Origin: an uncultured Gemmatimonadales bacterium
GTDB taxonomy: Bacteria; Gemmatimonadota; Gemmatimonadetes; Gemmatimonadales; GWC2-71-9
Length of the DNA: 64,000 nucleotides
Direction: 5' to 3'
Assembly: GCA_963812755.1 (NCBI GenBank)
Contig: CAWEWK010000006.1
Span: 15,645-79,644, forward strand
The notes beneath the pieces were generated by a model that was not told the origin of the DNA, did no database searches, and worked only from the letters and a program-made list of their open reading frames with translations. A program made the translations under genes and the position numbers. Below are positions 37,250 to 46,520 of this stretch, in pieces (within the stretch, counting starts at the first letter, position 1; each line of letters starts with the position of its first letter).

Positions 37250-38131
37250 TCAGTACCCATAGTTCACGCCGGCGCACATCCGATCGCCGGCGCGCAGCCG
37301 CTCGAGATCGCCGCGCTTGGCGGCGTACTCCTCCCGGTTCGCCACGCCGTACACGAACTCCGAGAGATAGCGCTCCAGGGCGGCCGGTTCCCGGGAGACG
37401 GCCTCCCAGGCGACGTAGAACTCGTTGTCACGGTCGTAGAACCCCTGGGCGTACGACGGGTGGGCGCCCCACGGCTCGACCACCACCGCATCCACCACCA
37501 GTCCAGGGATCAGCGTCCGATTGGGATCGGCTCGGATCACCGATTCGTCCACCAGCTCCTCCACGACAACCAGCACCCGCCGCGATGCGAAGGCGGCTTC
37601 TTTCTGGACCCCGAGGAGGCCCCAGATCTGGGTATTCCCCTGAGCGTCGGCCCTTTGGGCGTGCACGATGGTGACGTCAGGGTTGAGCGCGGGAACCGTG
37701 GCCAGCTGTTCACCGGTGTAGGGACAGGTGACCGAACGAATCCGGGGATTGGCCGCGGGCAGATCGGTTCCCATGTAGTCGCGCAGTGGCCAGAATGGAA
37801 GTCGGGCCGCGCCGGCGCTCAGCCGGGCGACCATTCCAAAGTGGGAATACTCCTCCAGCTCCAACGGGGGTTGGCCCTGCTCTACGGCTCGGCGAAACGC
37901 GTGCAGCGACCCCGCACCGGGGTTGCCGGCCCAGGAGAACACCAGCTTCCGGGCGCAGCCCGCCGCGATCATCTGGTCGTAGATGAGGTCCGGAGTCAGC
38001 CGGCAGAGCGTGAGATCGCGTCGGCGCTGGCGGATGATCTCATGCCCGGCCGCGAAGCAGATGAGATGAGTAAACCCCTCGATCACCACTGTGTCGCCGT
38101 CGCGGACCAGAGCGGCGACCGCCTCCCGCAT
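37250..38131 (-). CDS. CoA-transferase subunit A
   Basis: MREAVAALVRDGDTVVIEGF is the typical alpha-subunit N-terminus. ORF 37250..38737 trimmed to ATG 38131, downstream of the aminotransferase stop. Confidence 0.8.
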   Translation of the reverse strand: MREAVAALVRDGDTVVIEGFTHLICFAAGHEIIRQRRRDLTLCRLTPDLIYDQMIAAGCARKLVFSWAGNPGAGSLHAFRRAVEQGQPPLELEEYSHFGMVARLSAGAARLPFWPLRDYMGTDLPAANPRIRSVTCPYTGEQLATVPALNPDVTIVHAQRADAQGNTQIWGLLGVQKEAAFASRRVLVVVEELVDESVIRADPNRTLIPGLVVDAVVVEPWGAHPSYAQGFYDRDNEFYVAWEAVSREPAALERYLSEFVYGVANREEYAAKRGDLERLRAGDRMCAGVNYGY

Positions 38132-38154
38132 AGTTGTAACCTTGGAGCCGGTGC

Positions 38155-39480
38155 TCAATCGAGCTTGCCCAGCTGCGCGTCGATCATGCCAAGAGCAGTG
38201 TCCACGTCGTACTGGTCGACCACCAGCGGTGGCGCCAGCCGCAGGGTGCTCTTGCCCGCGCCGAGCAGCAGCAGCCCTTCCCGGAAGGCGCCCAATACCA
38301 GATCGCGCAGCAGGATGGGAGCGGGCTCCCGGGTGGCACGGTCGCGCACGAACTCGATCCCAATCATGAGGCCCCGGCCGCGCACTTCGCCGATGCAGGC
38401 GTGGCGCTCGGCCAGACTTCGGGCGCCGGCCAGCAGCCGCTCGCCCATGCGCACGGCATTTTCCATGAGACCACCTTCGACTAGGTCCAAGGTCGCGAGT
38501 GCCGCGGCGCAACACACCGGGTTGCCGCCGAAGGTGGACCCGTGCGAGCCGCTCTCCCAGGTGCTGATCGATTCCTTCGCCACCATCGCGCCGATCGGCA
38601 TTCCCGATCCCAGGCCCTTGGCGGTGAGCAGGATGTCCGGCTCCACGCCGTCGTGCTCGCAGGCCCACATCCGTCCGGTGCGCCCGACCCCGCACTGCAC
38701 CTCGTCGGCCACCAGCAGGATGCCGTAGCGGTCGCACAGCGCCCGCAGGTCGCGGAGGTAGCCCTCCGGCGGAAACACGTATCCTCCCTCACCCTGCACC
38801 GGCTCGATGAAGATCGCGGCGACGTCCCGAGGATCCAGCTGCCGCACGAAGAGCTCGTTCTCCAGCACGTCGATGCACCCCCGGGTGCACGCCGGCTTGT
38901 CGGCGCAGAACTGGCAGCGGTACCGGTAGGCGTAAGGGACGTGGTGGACGTCGGGAAGCAGGGGCCCAAACCCGGCGTGTTGCCTGGCCTTGCTCGAAGT
39001 CAGGGTCACGGCACCGGTGGACCGGCCATGAAAAGCGCCGTGAAAAGCGATGATCGCGGTGCGCCTGGTCGAGTAGCGCGCCAGCTTGATCGCCCCTTCG
39101 GTGGCTTCGGTTCCTGAGTTGGTGAGAAACACCCGCTTCTTCGAGGGGCCGGGAGCCAGGCGCGCGAGACGCTCGCACAGCGTGGCCATGGCCTCGTAGT
39201 AGAAGTCCGAGCCGCAGATGTGCAGGAACCGTCCGGCGGCCTCTTGTACCGCGGCCACGACCTTGGGATGCCCGTAGCCGGTGGCGGACACCGCGATGCC
39301 GGCCATGAAATCGAGGAAGCGGTTGCCGTCGACGTCTTCCACCATGGCGCCCTGGCCCCGGGCGACGACGAGCGGGTACTCCTTGATGTAGGCGTTCGAG
39401 GCCCACTGCTCGTCACGGTCGACGATCGCCTTGGCCTTCGGTCCGGGTGGTGACACCACGATCTTCGGGTAGTCGCGCAC
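38155..39480 (-). CDS. class-III (omega) aminotransferase, GabT/ornithine-aminotransferase-like
   Basis: GNRFLDFMAGIAVSATGYGHP, TNSGTEATEGAIKLAR, LVADEVQCGVGRTG and the SxxK region TAKGLGSG. Confidence 0.85.
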   Translation of the reverse strand: MRDYPKIVVSPPGPKAKAIVDRDEQWASNAYIKEYPLVVARGQGAMVEDVDGNRFLDFMAGIAVSATGYGHPKVVAAVQEAAGRFLHICGSDFYYEAMATLCERLARLAPGPSKKRVFLTNSGTEATEGAIKLARYSTRRTAIIAFHGAFHGRSTGAVTLTSSKARQHAGFGPLLPDVHHVPYAYRYRCQFCADKPACTRGCIDVLENELFVRQLDPRDVAAIFIEPVQGEGGYVFPPEGYLRDLRALCDRYGILLVADEVQCGVGRTGRMWACEHDGVEPDILLTAKGLGSGMPIGAMVAKESISTWESGSHGSTFGGNPVCCAAALATLDLVEGGLMENAVRMGERLLAGARSLAERHACIGEVRGRGLMIGIEFVRDRATREPAPILLRDLVLGAFREGLLLLGAGKSTLRLAPPLVVDQYDVDTALGMIDAQLGKLD

Positions 39481-39492
39481 GTCTCGTCCTCT

Positions 39493-41061
39493 CTAGCCTT
39501 CGATGACCGTCCGGCTCTGTTCCCGCATGAACTGGGCAACGTAGTACGGCCCGCATCCGCCCTTGCCGCTCGACCCCGACGCCTTCCACCCGGTGAAAGG
39601 CTGCGCGCCGGGCCATGCCCCGGTCGTCGCGCCGGTCCGTTTGTTGGCGTAGCAGACCCCCGCCTCCACCTCATCGAAGAAGCGTTCGACCTCGGCCGGG
39701 ATGGCGGAAAAGATCCCGGCGGTAAGGCCGTAGTCGGCCGCGTTGGTTTCGGCGATCGCCTGGTCCAGGCTCTCGACCTCACCGATAGCGAGGAACGGCA
39801 CGAACAGCTCGTCCCGGTACAGCGTGCTGTCCAGAGGTAACCGAGCCACGGTGGGCGCGACGAAGTGGCCTCGATCGAACACTCCGCCGGTTAACCGCCG
39901 GCCGCCGAGCAGAATCTCTCCCTCCTGGCGCGCCTGGGCCACGGCTCGCTCGAAGCGCTCGACCGAGCGCTGATTGATCACCGGGCCAAAGTAGACGTCG
40001 CGTTGGGAAGGATCCCCCATCCGGATGGCGCGCGTCTTCTCCAACAACCGTCCCACGAAGTCCGCTGCGACGTCGCGATGGACGTATACCCTCGACGTTG
40101 CGCTGCACTTCTGATTCTGCAGACTGAAGGCGGACCGCATCACCCCTTCTGCCGCGGCGTCCAGGTCGGCCGTAGGCATCACCAGGGCGGCGTTCTTTCC
40201 TCCCAGCTCCATGAGGCAGGGCTTGATCCATCGGCTGCTCAAGCCGTGCTGAATCCGCATGCCCACCGCTCTGGAGCCGGTGAAGACCACGCCATCGACC
40301 CCGGGATGCTGCCAGACCGGGTCGCCGATTTCCTCTCGCCGGCCGACGAGAAAGTTGAAAATCCCGGCCGGGAGGCCGGCGTCGCGGTAGACCTCATAGA
40401 GCCGAAGACCGGTCCACGGGGTGTCTTCCGCCGGCTTGTAGACCACCGCGTTGCCGGTTACCAATGCGGCGGACGACATCCCGGCGGACAGGGCCAACGG
40501 AAAGTTGAACGGTGCGATGCAGGCGAACACTCCGTAGGGCCGCAAGACGTCGGTGTTCCGTTCCACCGGCGTGACCTGGCCCATGGGCCGGACGAATCCA
40601 TCCGCGTCCTCGACCTGCTGGCAGTAATAGTCGATGAGGTCAGCCGACTCCTCGGCGTCTCCCATCGCTTCCAGCCGGCTCTTCCCTACCTCCAGGCTCA
40701 TGAGTGCCGCGAGATCGTACTTTCGCTCCCGCACCAGCTCGGCCGCCCGGCGCAGGAGGCGCACCCGCTCCCGCCACGGGCGAGCGGCCCACGGACGTTG
40801 AGCGCCGCGCGCGGCCCGGACCGCCCGATCTACTTCCGCCGGCCCCGCGGCGGCGAAGCGAGCCAGCAGCAACCCGCTGTCGATTGGCGAGTAATCGTCC
40901 AAAGGCTCGCCGGTGGTCTCCACCGCTTCGCCCGCGATGTAGCAGGGATACCGGCGGCCGGTGTCGGCGCGCAGAGTATCCAAAGCCTGGTCAAAGCGAC
41001 GGTGAAACTGGTCGAGGTCTCCACCCGCCGTAGTGTACGTAATCTTGGTGGCGGCAGTCAT
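39493..41061 (-). CDS. aldehyde dehydrogenase, 1-pyrroline-5-carboxylate dehydrogenase-like
   Basis: RYPCYIAGEAV N-terminal pattern, ELGGKNA, and FSLQNQKCSATSRVYV (catalytic Cys). 522 aa, as in RocA/PruA-type enzymes. Confidence 0.8.
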   Translation of the reverse strand: MTAATKITYTTAGGDLDQFHRRFDQALDTLRADTGRRYPCYIAGEAVETTGEPLDDYSPIDSGLLLARFAAAGPAEVDRAVRAARGAQRPWAARPWRERVRLLRRAAELVRERKYDLAALMSLEVGKSRLEAMGDAEESADLIDYYCQQVEDADGFVRPMGQVTPVERNTDVLRPYGVFACIAPFNFPLALSAGMSSAALVTGNAVVYKPAEDTPWTGLRLYEVYRDAGLPAGIFNFLVGRREEIGDPVWQHPGVDGVVFTGSRAVGMRIQHGLSSRWIKPCLMELGGKNAALVMPTADLDAAAEGVMRSAFSLQNQKCSATSRVYVHRDVAADFVGRLLEKTRAIRMGDPSQRDVYFGPVINQRSVERFERAVAQARQEGEILLGGRRLTGGVFDRGHFVAPTVARLPLDSTLYRDELFVPFLAIGEVESLDQAIAETNAADYGLTAGIFSAIPAEVERFFDEVEAGVCYANKRTGATTGAWPGAQPFTGWKASGSSGKGGCGPYYVAQFMREQSRTVIEG

Positions 41062-42413
41062 CGGGTGACACCGATACGGTCGGCGGCGAGGCGCAGCGCC
41101 TTTCCCAGCAGGCCCACGATCTCGTCGATTTGCTCTTCGGTGATGATGAACGGCGGCGCCAGCATGACCAGATCTCCATTGCGTCCGTCGGCGTGCCCTA
41201 CGTTGGGCCAGACGACAAGACCTACCTCCAAGGCGGCCGTGGTCACGGCCTCCGCAAAGCCGGCGGCACGAGGGAGCGGCTCTCGAGTGCCCGGGTCGGC
41301 CACGAACTCGATGCCGGCCAGGAGGCCCCGGCCGCGCACGTCGCCGACCAGTGGGTGCTCGCGGAGGGCCTGTAGCCTGGCGTGGAGCACGCGGCCCATC
41401 CGATTGGAGCGCTCGATCAGGCCCTGAGCCTTGAGGTAGCGCAACGCGGCGACCCCGCCGGCACAGAGGGTTGCATGGTGGGAAAATGTCTGCGCGTGCA
41501 GGAGAGCACCCGACCCCTGCGCCAGCACGTCGGCGATGCGGTGGGGTGCGACCATCGCGGAGAGCGGTACGTAGCCACCGGCGATGCCCTTCCCCAGCGT
41601 CATGATGTCCGGTACCACCCCGTACGGCTCCAGCGCGGACCAGGTTCCCGTGCGTCCGGCACCGGTCAAGACCTCGTCGGCGATCAGGAGCACCCCATGG
41701 CGGTCGCAGGCACGGCGAACCCGCTGCCAGTATTCCGGCGGCGGTACCGAAGCCCCAGTCGACGAGCCGCCCACCGGCTCGGCGATGAATGCGGCGACGG
41801 TGTTGGGACCCTCCCGCAGGATCGCCTGCTCCACCGCTTCACCGCTGCATGGTGCACAGTAGGGTGGCGTACCGCGGCACTCGCAGCGATATGAGTATGG
41901 GGCCGGAACCCGGATGACCTGCACCAACCAGTCGGGGAAGTAGGTGGTGTAATGCGCGCGGGCCGAGGCCGAGAGGGCCAGGAGCGTGTTCCCGTGATAG
42001 GCCGGGGTGAGCGCGACGAGCTTTCGTTTTTCGCTGCGTCCCGACTCGACCCAGTACTGGCGCGCCAGCTTGAGTGACGCTTCGATCGCCTCCGACCCGC
42101 TGCACAGGGGGTAGACCAGCTCCAGGTCGCCGGGCGCGAGGCGCGCCAGTTCTGCGGCCAGCTCTTCGACCGGGTCGTGGGTGAAGGTCATCCCGCTCAC
42201 GTAGCCCAGCCGACTCGCCTGCGCCGCGATGGCGTCGGCAATGGCGGTGACGCCATGCCCCAGGTTCGCTACGAATGCCCCGCCGCAGGCATCGAGGTAG
42301 CGGCGGCCGTCGGCATCGTACAGATAGCAGCCTTCGCCTCGCACAATGCGGGGATACCGTCGCGTCAACTTGCGATAGAAGACGTGCGACCCGGGAGAGA
42401 CGGGCTGGACCAT
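41058..42413 (-). CDS. class-III aminotransferase (BioA/omega-transaminase-like)
   Basis: GCYLYDADGRRYLDACGGAFVANLGHG, CSGSEAIEASLKLAR, LIADEVLTGAGRTG, TLGKGIAGG. ORF trimmed to ATG 42413. Confidence 0.85.
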   Translation of the reverse strand: MVQPVSPGSHVFYRKLTRRYPRIVRGEGCYLYDADGRRYLDACGGAFVANLGHGVTAIADAIAAQASRLGYVSGMTFTHDPVEELAAELARLAPGDLELVYPLCSGSEAIEASLKLARQYWVESGRSEKRKLVALTPAYHGNTLLALSASARAHYTTYFPDWLVQVIRVPAPYSYRCECRGTPPYCAPCSGEAVEQAILREGPNTVAAFIAEPVGGSSTGASVPPPEYWQRVRRACDRHGVLLIADEVLTGAGRTGTWSALEPYGVVPDIMTLGKGIAGGYVPLSAMVAPHRIADVLAQGSGALLHAQTFSHHATLCAGGVAALRYLKAQGLIERSNRMGRVLHARLQALREHPLVGDVRGRGLLAGIEFVADPGTREPLPRAAGFAEAVTTAALEVGLVVWPNVGHADGRNGDLVMLAPPFIITEEQIDEIVGLLGKALRLAADRIGVTR

Positions 42414-42596
42414 GCGCTCGAGGGTTTGGCGTAGAGGCCGGCCGGGCGGCCGGGGCGTGACCCGAGCGCGGAATGTGGGGGTGTTCAAGGGCCTACGCCA
42501 GGGGGACTGGCGACTGGCCCACATCCTGCAACATAGCGGTCCGGCCACCGCCTCCTGAGAACTGGCGAGGCAACCTCTTTTCGCTGGTGACCGGAC

Positions 42597-43055
42597 ATGC
42601 CATCACCACTGGTCGTCGACGCGCTACGCGAACAACTGCTCCGGGTTATCGACTGGTATCAGCATTCCCCGCCGCGATTCCGCTGGGGAGCCGTGATTCA
42701 CCGGCGCAACGAACGCGGCAGATTGCGGTTCGGGGCCGTAACGCCGTTTGGTGAAAGCCTGTTGCTCACCGAGGCGCTGCTGACCGAGTTGGGCGGGATG
42801 GCTTGCTGGTTGGACGGGGCCGTGCGGGTTCGCCTGGAGTGCCGCAAGTTGACGGAGTGCCCGCATTGGCTAGGTACCCTCTCCCGCCCCAACCGGGCCC
42901 CGCTGGTCGAAGCTCTTGCCGTCTACTTCGATCCCGACACCTCGCCCGAAGAGGTCCTGGCCTTCCAGGCGATGGCCGGCGTGCTCACCCCGGCCCGCTG
43001 TCCTTCTGAGCTCTTCGTGCTGACCAAGGAGCGGCCTGCGGGGTGGCCGTTGTAG
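42597..43055 (+). CDS. hypothetical protein (152 aa), orphan plus-strand gene
   Basis: Open frame with an ATG start. No signal peptide or TM and no recognisable motif. By eye it uses more A/T-ending codons than its neighbours. Followed by hairpin GACCCTCC/GGAGGGTC. Confidence 0.5.
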   Translation: MPSPLVVDALREQLLRVIDWYQHSPPRFRWGAVIHRRNERGRLRFGAVTPFGESLLLTEALLTELGGMACWLDGAVRVRLECRKLTECPHWLGTLSRPNRAPLVEALAVYFDPDTSPEEVLAFQAMAGVLTPARCPSELFVLTKERPAGWPL

Positions 43056-43062
43056 AGGCGAG

Positions 43063-43177
43063 CCGCTATCGGCTATCAGCTATCGGCTATTGTGAACGAC
43101 CCTCCTCGAGATCAGGGGAGGGTCGCTCGCGTTTGGGATGGGCTGACTAAGGGGCGATAGCTGATAGCCGATAGCGG
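43063..43177. repeat. GCTATC(A/G) heptad repeat element, locus C: 23-bp perfect inverted repeat enclosing a terminator-like hairpin
   Basis: CCGCTATCGGCTATCAGCTATCG (43063..43085) is the exact reverse complement of 43155..43177. The inner hairpin GACCCTCC (43098..43105) / GGAGGGTC (43117..43124) is followed by GCTCGCGTTTGGG. Confidence 0.9.
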
Positions 43178-43188
43178 ATAGCTCTCCT

Positions 43189-45342
43189 CTACTTCAGAAA
43201 AAGTAGATCGCGATACGTCGGCAACGGCCACAGCTCGGCCGCGACCAGACTCTCCAGGTTATCTCCCACCTCCCGCAGGCGGGCCATTGCCGGCTTCAGC
43301 TGGCGGGCGATCTGGACGGCGTGGCGAGCGGGGTCGGGCTCGTGGTGCGCCGCCAGCTTTTCGACCTCCCCGATCCGCCGGCGGAACTCGTCCACCAGAT
43401 CCACGAACTCGCGCAGCGACCGGGTGGTGTCCTTGCTCTCCACCCCCGCCTGCTTGGTGGCCGCCACCGCTTCCGCCACCCGCCGTTGATGTTCCAGCGC
43501 GGAAGGCAGGATCTGGCCTCGGGCCATCGAGACCATGGTTTCCGCTTCGATGCCGATCTGCTTGACGTACTTCTCGATGGCGATGTGAATCCGGGACTCG
43601 TACTCCGCCTTGCCCAGCACGCCGTACTTCCGGAACAGATCTCCATTCTTGCGGGCTCGAAGCACCGCGAACGCTTCGACCGAATCGTGTAGGTTGGGCA
43701 ACCCCCGCCGCTTTGCCTCGGCGTGCCATTCCTCCGCGTAGTTGTCCCCATCGAAGATGACCCGGCGGTGCTGCTTGATCAGCTTCTTCAGCACCGAGAG
43801 CACCGCCGCCTGCAGCTTGGCTACGGTCGGACGTGCTCCCACCGCCCGCTCCAGCTCTCCGGCGACATAGTCCAACGACTCGGCGACGATGGTGTTGAGC
43901 ACCGTATTGGGCCAGGCGATGCTGGCGCTGGAGCCTACCGCGCGAAATTCGAACTTGTTCCCGGTGAACGCGAAGGGCGACGTGCGATTGCGATCGCCGG
44001 AGTGGCGGGGCAACTGCGGGAGCGTCTTGGCGCCAAGGTCGAGCGTCCCCCCTCGAATGGTGCGCTTGGGCAGCCCCTTTTCCACCTGGTCCAGGATGTC
44101 GCCCAGCATCTTGCCCAGAAATATCGAGATGATGGCCGGCGGCGCTTCGTTGGCGCCCAGCCGGTGGTCGTTCGCCGCCGAGGCGATGGAGGCGCGGAGC
44201 AGGTCGGCGTGGAGGTCCACCGCCCGGATGGTGGCGCAGAGAAACACCAGGAACTGCATGTTGGTATGAGTCTCGTCCCGGGGATCGAGCAGATTGACCC
44301 CGGTGTCGGTGGACATCGACCAATTGTTGTGCTTGCCCGACCCGTTCACCCCCGCGAAGGGCTTCTCGTGGAGCAGCGCCTGGAGCCCGTACCTCGGCGC
44401 GACCCGTTTCAGGGTCTCCATGATCAGCATCTGATGGTCGCTGGCGATGTGGCTGGGCTCGAACAGGGGCGCGATCTCATACTGTCCCGGAGCCACTTCG
44501 TTGTGCCGGGTCTTCACCGGCACGCCCAGCCGGTACAGCTCCTGTTCCGCCTCCGCCATGCAGGCCAATACTCGGGGCGGGATGGTGCCGAAGTAATGGT
44601 CCTCGAGCTGCTGTCCCTTGGGCGGCTTGGCGCCGTAGAGAGTACGCTCGCAGATCAGCAGATCGGGCCGCTTGAAGTAGAGGTCCCGATCGACCAGGAA
44701 ATACTCCTGCTCCGGGCCCACCGTGGTGAATACCCGGGAGACCCCTTCGTGGGTCCCGAAGATGCGGAGAATACGCAGCGCTTGCTTGGACAACGCCTCG
44801 ACCGATCGGAGCAGCGGGATCTTGGTATCCAGCGCCTCACCGGTCCAGGAAACGAAGGCCGTGGGAATGCAGAGGGTGACGTTGTTGTCGCCCCGCATGA
44901 GGAACGCGGGACTGGTGGCATCCCATGCGGTGTAGCCCCGGGCTTCGAAAGTCGCCCGAATGCCTCCCGACGGAAAGCTCGATGCGTCGGGTTCGCCTTG
45001 AACCAGCTCGGAGCCGGAGAAGTTGAAGACCACGCCCCCCGCACCATCGGGAGCGGCCAGCGAGTCATGCTTCTCCGCGGTCAAGCCGGTGAGCGGCTGA
45101 AACCAGTGGGTGTAGTGGGTGGCTCCGTTTTCGATGGCCCAGTCCTTCATCGAGGCAGCGACCACGTCGGCCACGGCAGGGTCGAGCGGCTCACCCTGGT
45201 CGACGGTGCGCAGCAAGCTCCGGTACACCTCTTTGGGGAGCCGTTGCCGCATCATGGTCTTGGAGAACACATCACTGCCGAAGATGGAATCGATCCGCTC
45301 TGCTGGGACAGTACCGTCGAACGTACGTGGAGGGACGGTCAC
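43189..45342 (-). CDS. glnN: glutamine synthetase type III
   Basis: [32 protein letters not shown] and GSGKHNNWS are GSIII signatures. ORF 43189..45570 trimmed to GTG 45342 (AGGA 4 nt upstream), downstream of the cysK stop. Start uncertain. Confidence 0.88.
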   Translation of the reverse strand: MTVPPRTFDGTVPAERIDSIFGSDVFSKTMMRQRLPKEVYRSLLRTVDQGEPLDPAVADVVAASMKDWAIENGATHYTHWFQPLTGLTAEKHDSLAAPDGAGGVVFNFSGSELVQGEPDASSFPSGGIRATFEARGYTAWDATSPAFLMRGDNNVTLCIPTAFVSWTGEALDTKIPLLRSVEALSKQALRILRIFGTHEGVSRVFTTVGPEQEYFLVDRDLYFKRPDLLICERTLYGAKPPKGQQLEDHYFGTIPPRVLACMAEAEQELYRLGVPVKTRHNEVAPGQYEIAPLFEPSHIASDHQMLIMETLKRVAPRYGLQALLHEKPFAGVNGSGKHNNWSMSTDTGVNLLDPRDETHTNMQFLVFLCATIRAVDLHADLLRASIASAANDHRLGANEAPPAIISIFLGKMLGDILDQVEKGLPKRTIRGGTLDLGAKTLPQLPRHSGDRNRTSPFAFTGNKFEFRAVGSSASIAWPNTVLNTIVAESLDYVAGELERAVGARPTVAKLQAAVLSVLKKLIKQHRRVIFDGDNYAEEWHAEAKRRGLPNLHDSVEAFAVLRARKNGDLFRKYGVLGKAEYESRIHIAIEKYVKQIGIEAETMVSMARGQILPSALEHQRRVAEAVAATKQAGVESKDTTRSLREFVDLVDEFRRRIGEVEKLAAHHEPDPARHAVQIARQLKPAMARLREVGDNLESLVAAELWPLPTYRDLLFLK

Positions 45343-45466
45343 GGGTTCCTGCGCCTCACGAGTTGGAGTGGAGTGAGAGAAGGCCGGAAGATAATGACAG
45401 GGCCGGAGGCCAGGGGAGTCTAGATGGTATGAGGCCTTCGCGATGAAGACGGGAAGCCGACCGCGA

Positions 45467-46459
45467 TCATACCGGCGCGGCCGGCTCGAGGGCCTCCAGG
45501 AGGTCCGCAAAATCTGGATCGGGCAGCTCGGTGTACACCGGGTTCGACAGATACCGCTCCCCGAAGTCACAGCCGATCGACACGATCAGCTTTCCCGCGT
45601 TCTCAGCGCGGGCGGCAACCTGGAGCGCGGCCCAGGTGATCGACCCGGTCGAAATGCCCGCGAAGATCGCCTCTTCCCGGGCCAGCCGCCGGGCGGTGGC
45701 GATGGCGTCCTCGTTGGTGACCCGGACGACCTCATCGTAGATCTTGGTATCGAGAATCGAGGGGATGAATCCGGCGCCAATGCCCTGCTGCCGATGCGGC
45801 GAAGGCTGTCCACCGGAGAGCACCGGGCTCTCGGCCGGCTCCACTGCCACGATATGAATGCCGGGATGCTGCTCCCGCAGATAGCGACCCGCTCCGGTGA
45901 TGGTCCCGCCGGTGCCGATACCGGACACGAAGATATCCACCTTGCCCTCGGTGTCGGCCCAGATCTCGGGACCGGTGGTGCGGTAGTGAATGGCGGGATT
46001 GGCGGGATTGTCGAACTGGCGAGGCATCCAGGCCCGGTCGCCCAGCCGGGCGAGGATCTCTTCCGCCCGCGCGATGGCCGCCTTCATGCCCTTGGCACCT
46101 TCGGTCAGCACAACCTTGGCACCCAGCGCGCGGAGCAGATGCCGCCGCTCCAGGGTCATAGTGTCCGGCATGGTGAAGATGCACCGGTAGCCGCGAGCCG
46201 CGGCAACGTAGGCGAGACCAATTCCCGTATTGCCGCTGGTCGGCTCCACGATCACCATCCCCGGCCGGAGCCGCCCCTTCTCGATCGCGTCATTGATCAT
46301 CGCCGCGCCGATTCGGTCTTTGACCGAATTGTACGGGTTATACCCCTCGTGCTTCATGGCAATGCGGGCCGGCATGCCCTGCCCCATTCGGTTGAGCCGG
46401 ATGAGCGGGGTATTTCCGACCGTGTCGATGACGTCCTGGTAGATCCTTCCGTGCGGCAT
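45467..46459 (-). CDS. cysK: cysteine synthase (O-acetylserine sulfhydrylase family)
   Basis: [21 protein letters not shown] (PLP lysine), [10 protein letters not shown]-terminal extension of about 20 aa. Confidence 0.9.
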   Translation of the reverse strand: MPHGRIYQDVIDTVGNTPLIRLNRMGQGMPARIAMKHEGYNPYNSVKDRIGAAMINDAIEKGRLRPGMVIVEPTSGNTGIGLAYVAAARGYRCIFTMPDTMTLERRHLLRALGAKVVLTEGAKGMKAAIARAEEILARLGDRAWMPRQFDNPANPAIHYRTTGPEIWADTEGKVDIFVSGIGTGGTITGAGRYLREQHPGIHIVAVEPAESPVLSGGQPSPHRQQGIGAGFIPSILDTKIYDEVVRVTNEDAIATARRLAREEAIFAGISTGSITWAALQVAARAENAGKLIVSIGCDFGERYLSNPVYTELPDPDFADLLEALEPAAPV

Positions 46460-46492
46460 ACGGTCCTCGTGACGGATGTGTGTCTACAAGAT

Positions 46493-46520
46493 GCTATCGG
46501 CTATCGGCTATGAGCTACCG
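46493..46520. repeat. GCTATC(A/G) heptad repeat element, locus D (direct heptads only)
   Basis: GCTATCG GCTATCG GCTATGA GCTACCG. It overlaps the last codons and the stop of the ADP-ribosylglycohydrolase gene. Confidence 0.75.

Noticed and set aside
45343-45466. 124-nt leader upstream of glnN as a candidate glutamine riboswitch or NtcA/GlnR site
   Set aside because: No glnA-RNA-like motif, GTA-N8-TAC site or conserved palindrome is visible. The glnN start itself is uncertain, so the gap may be shorter.
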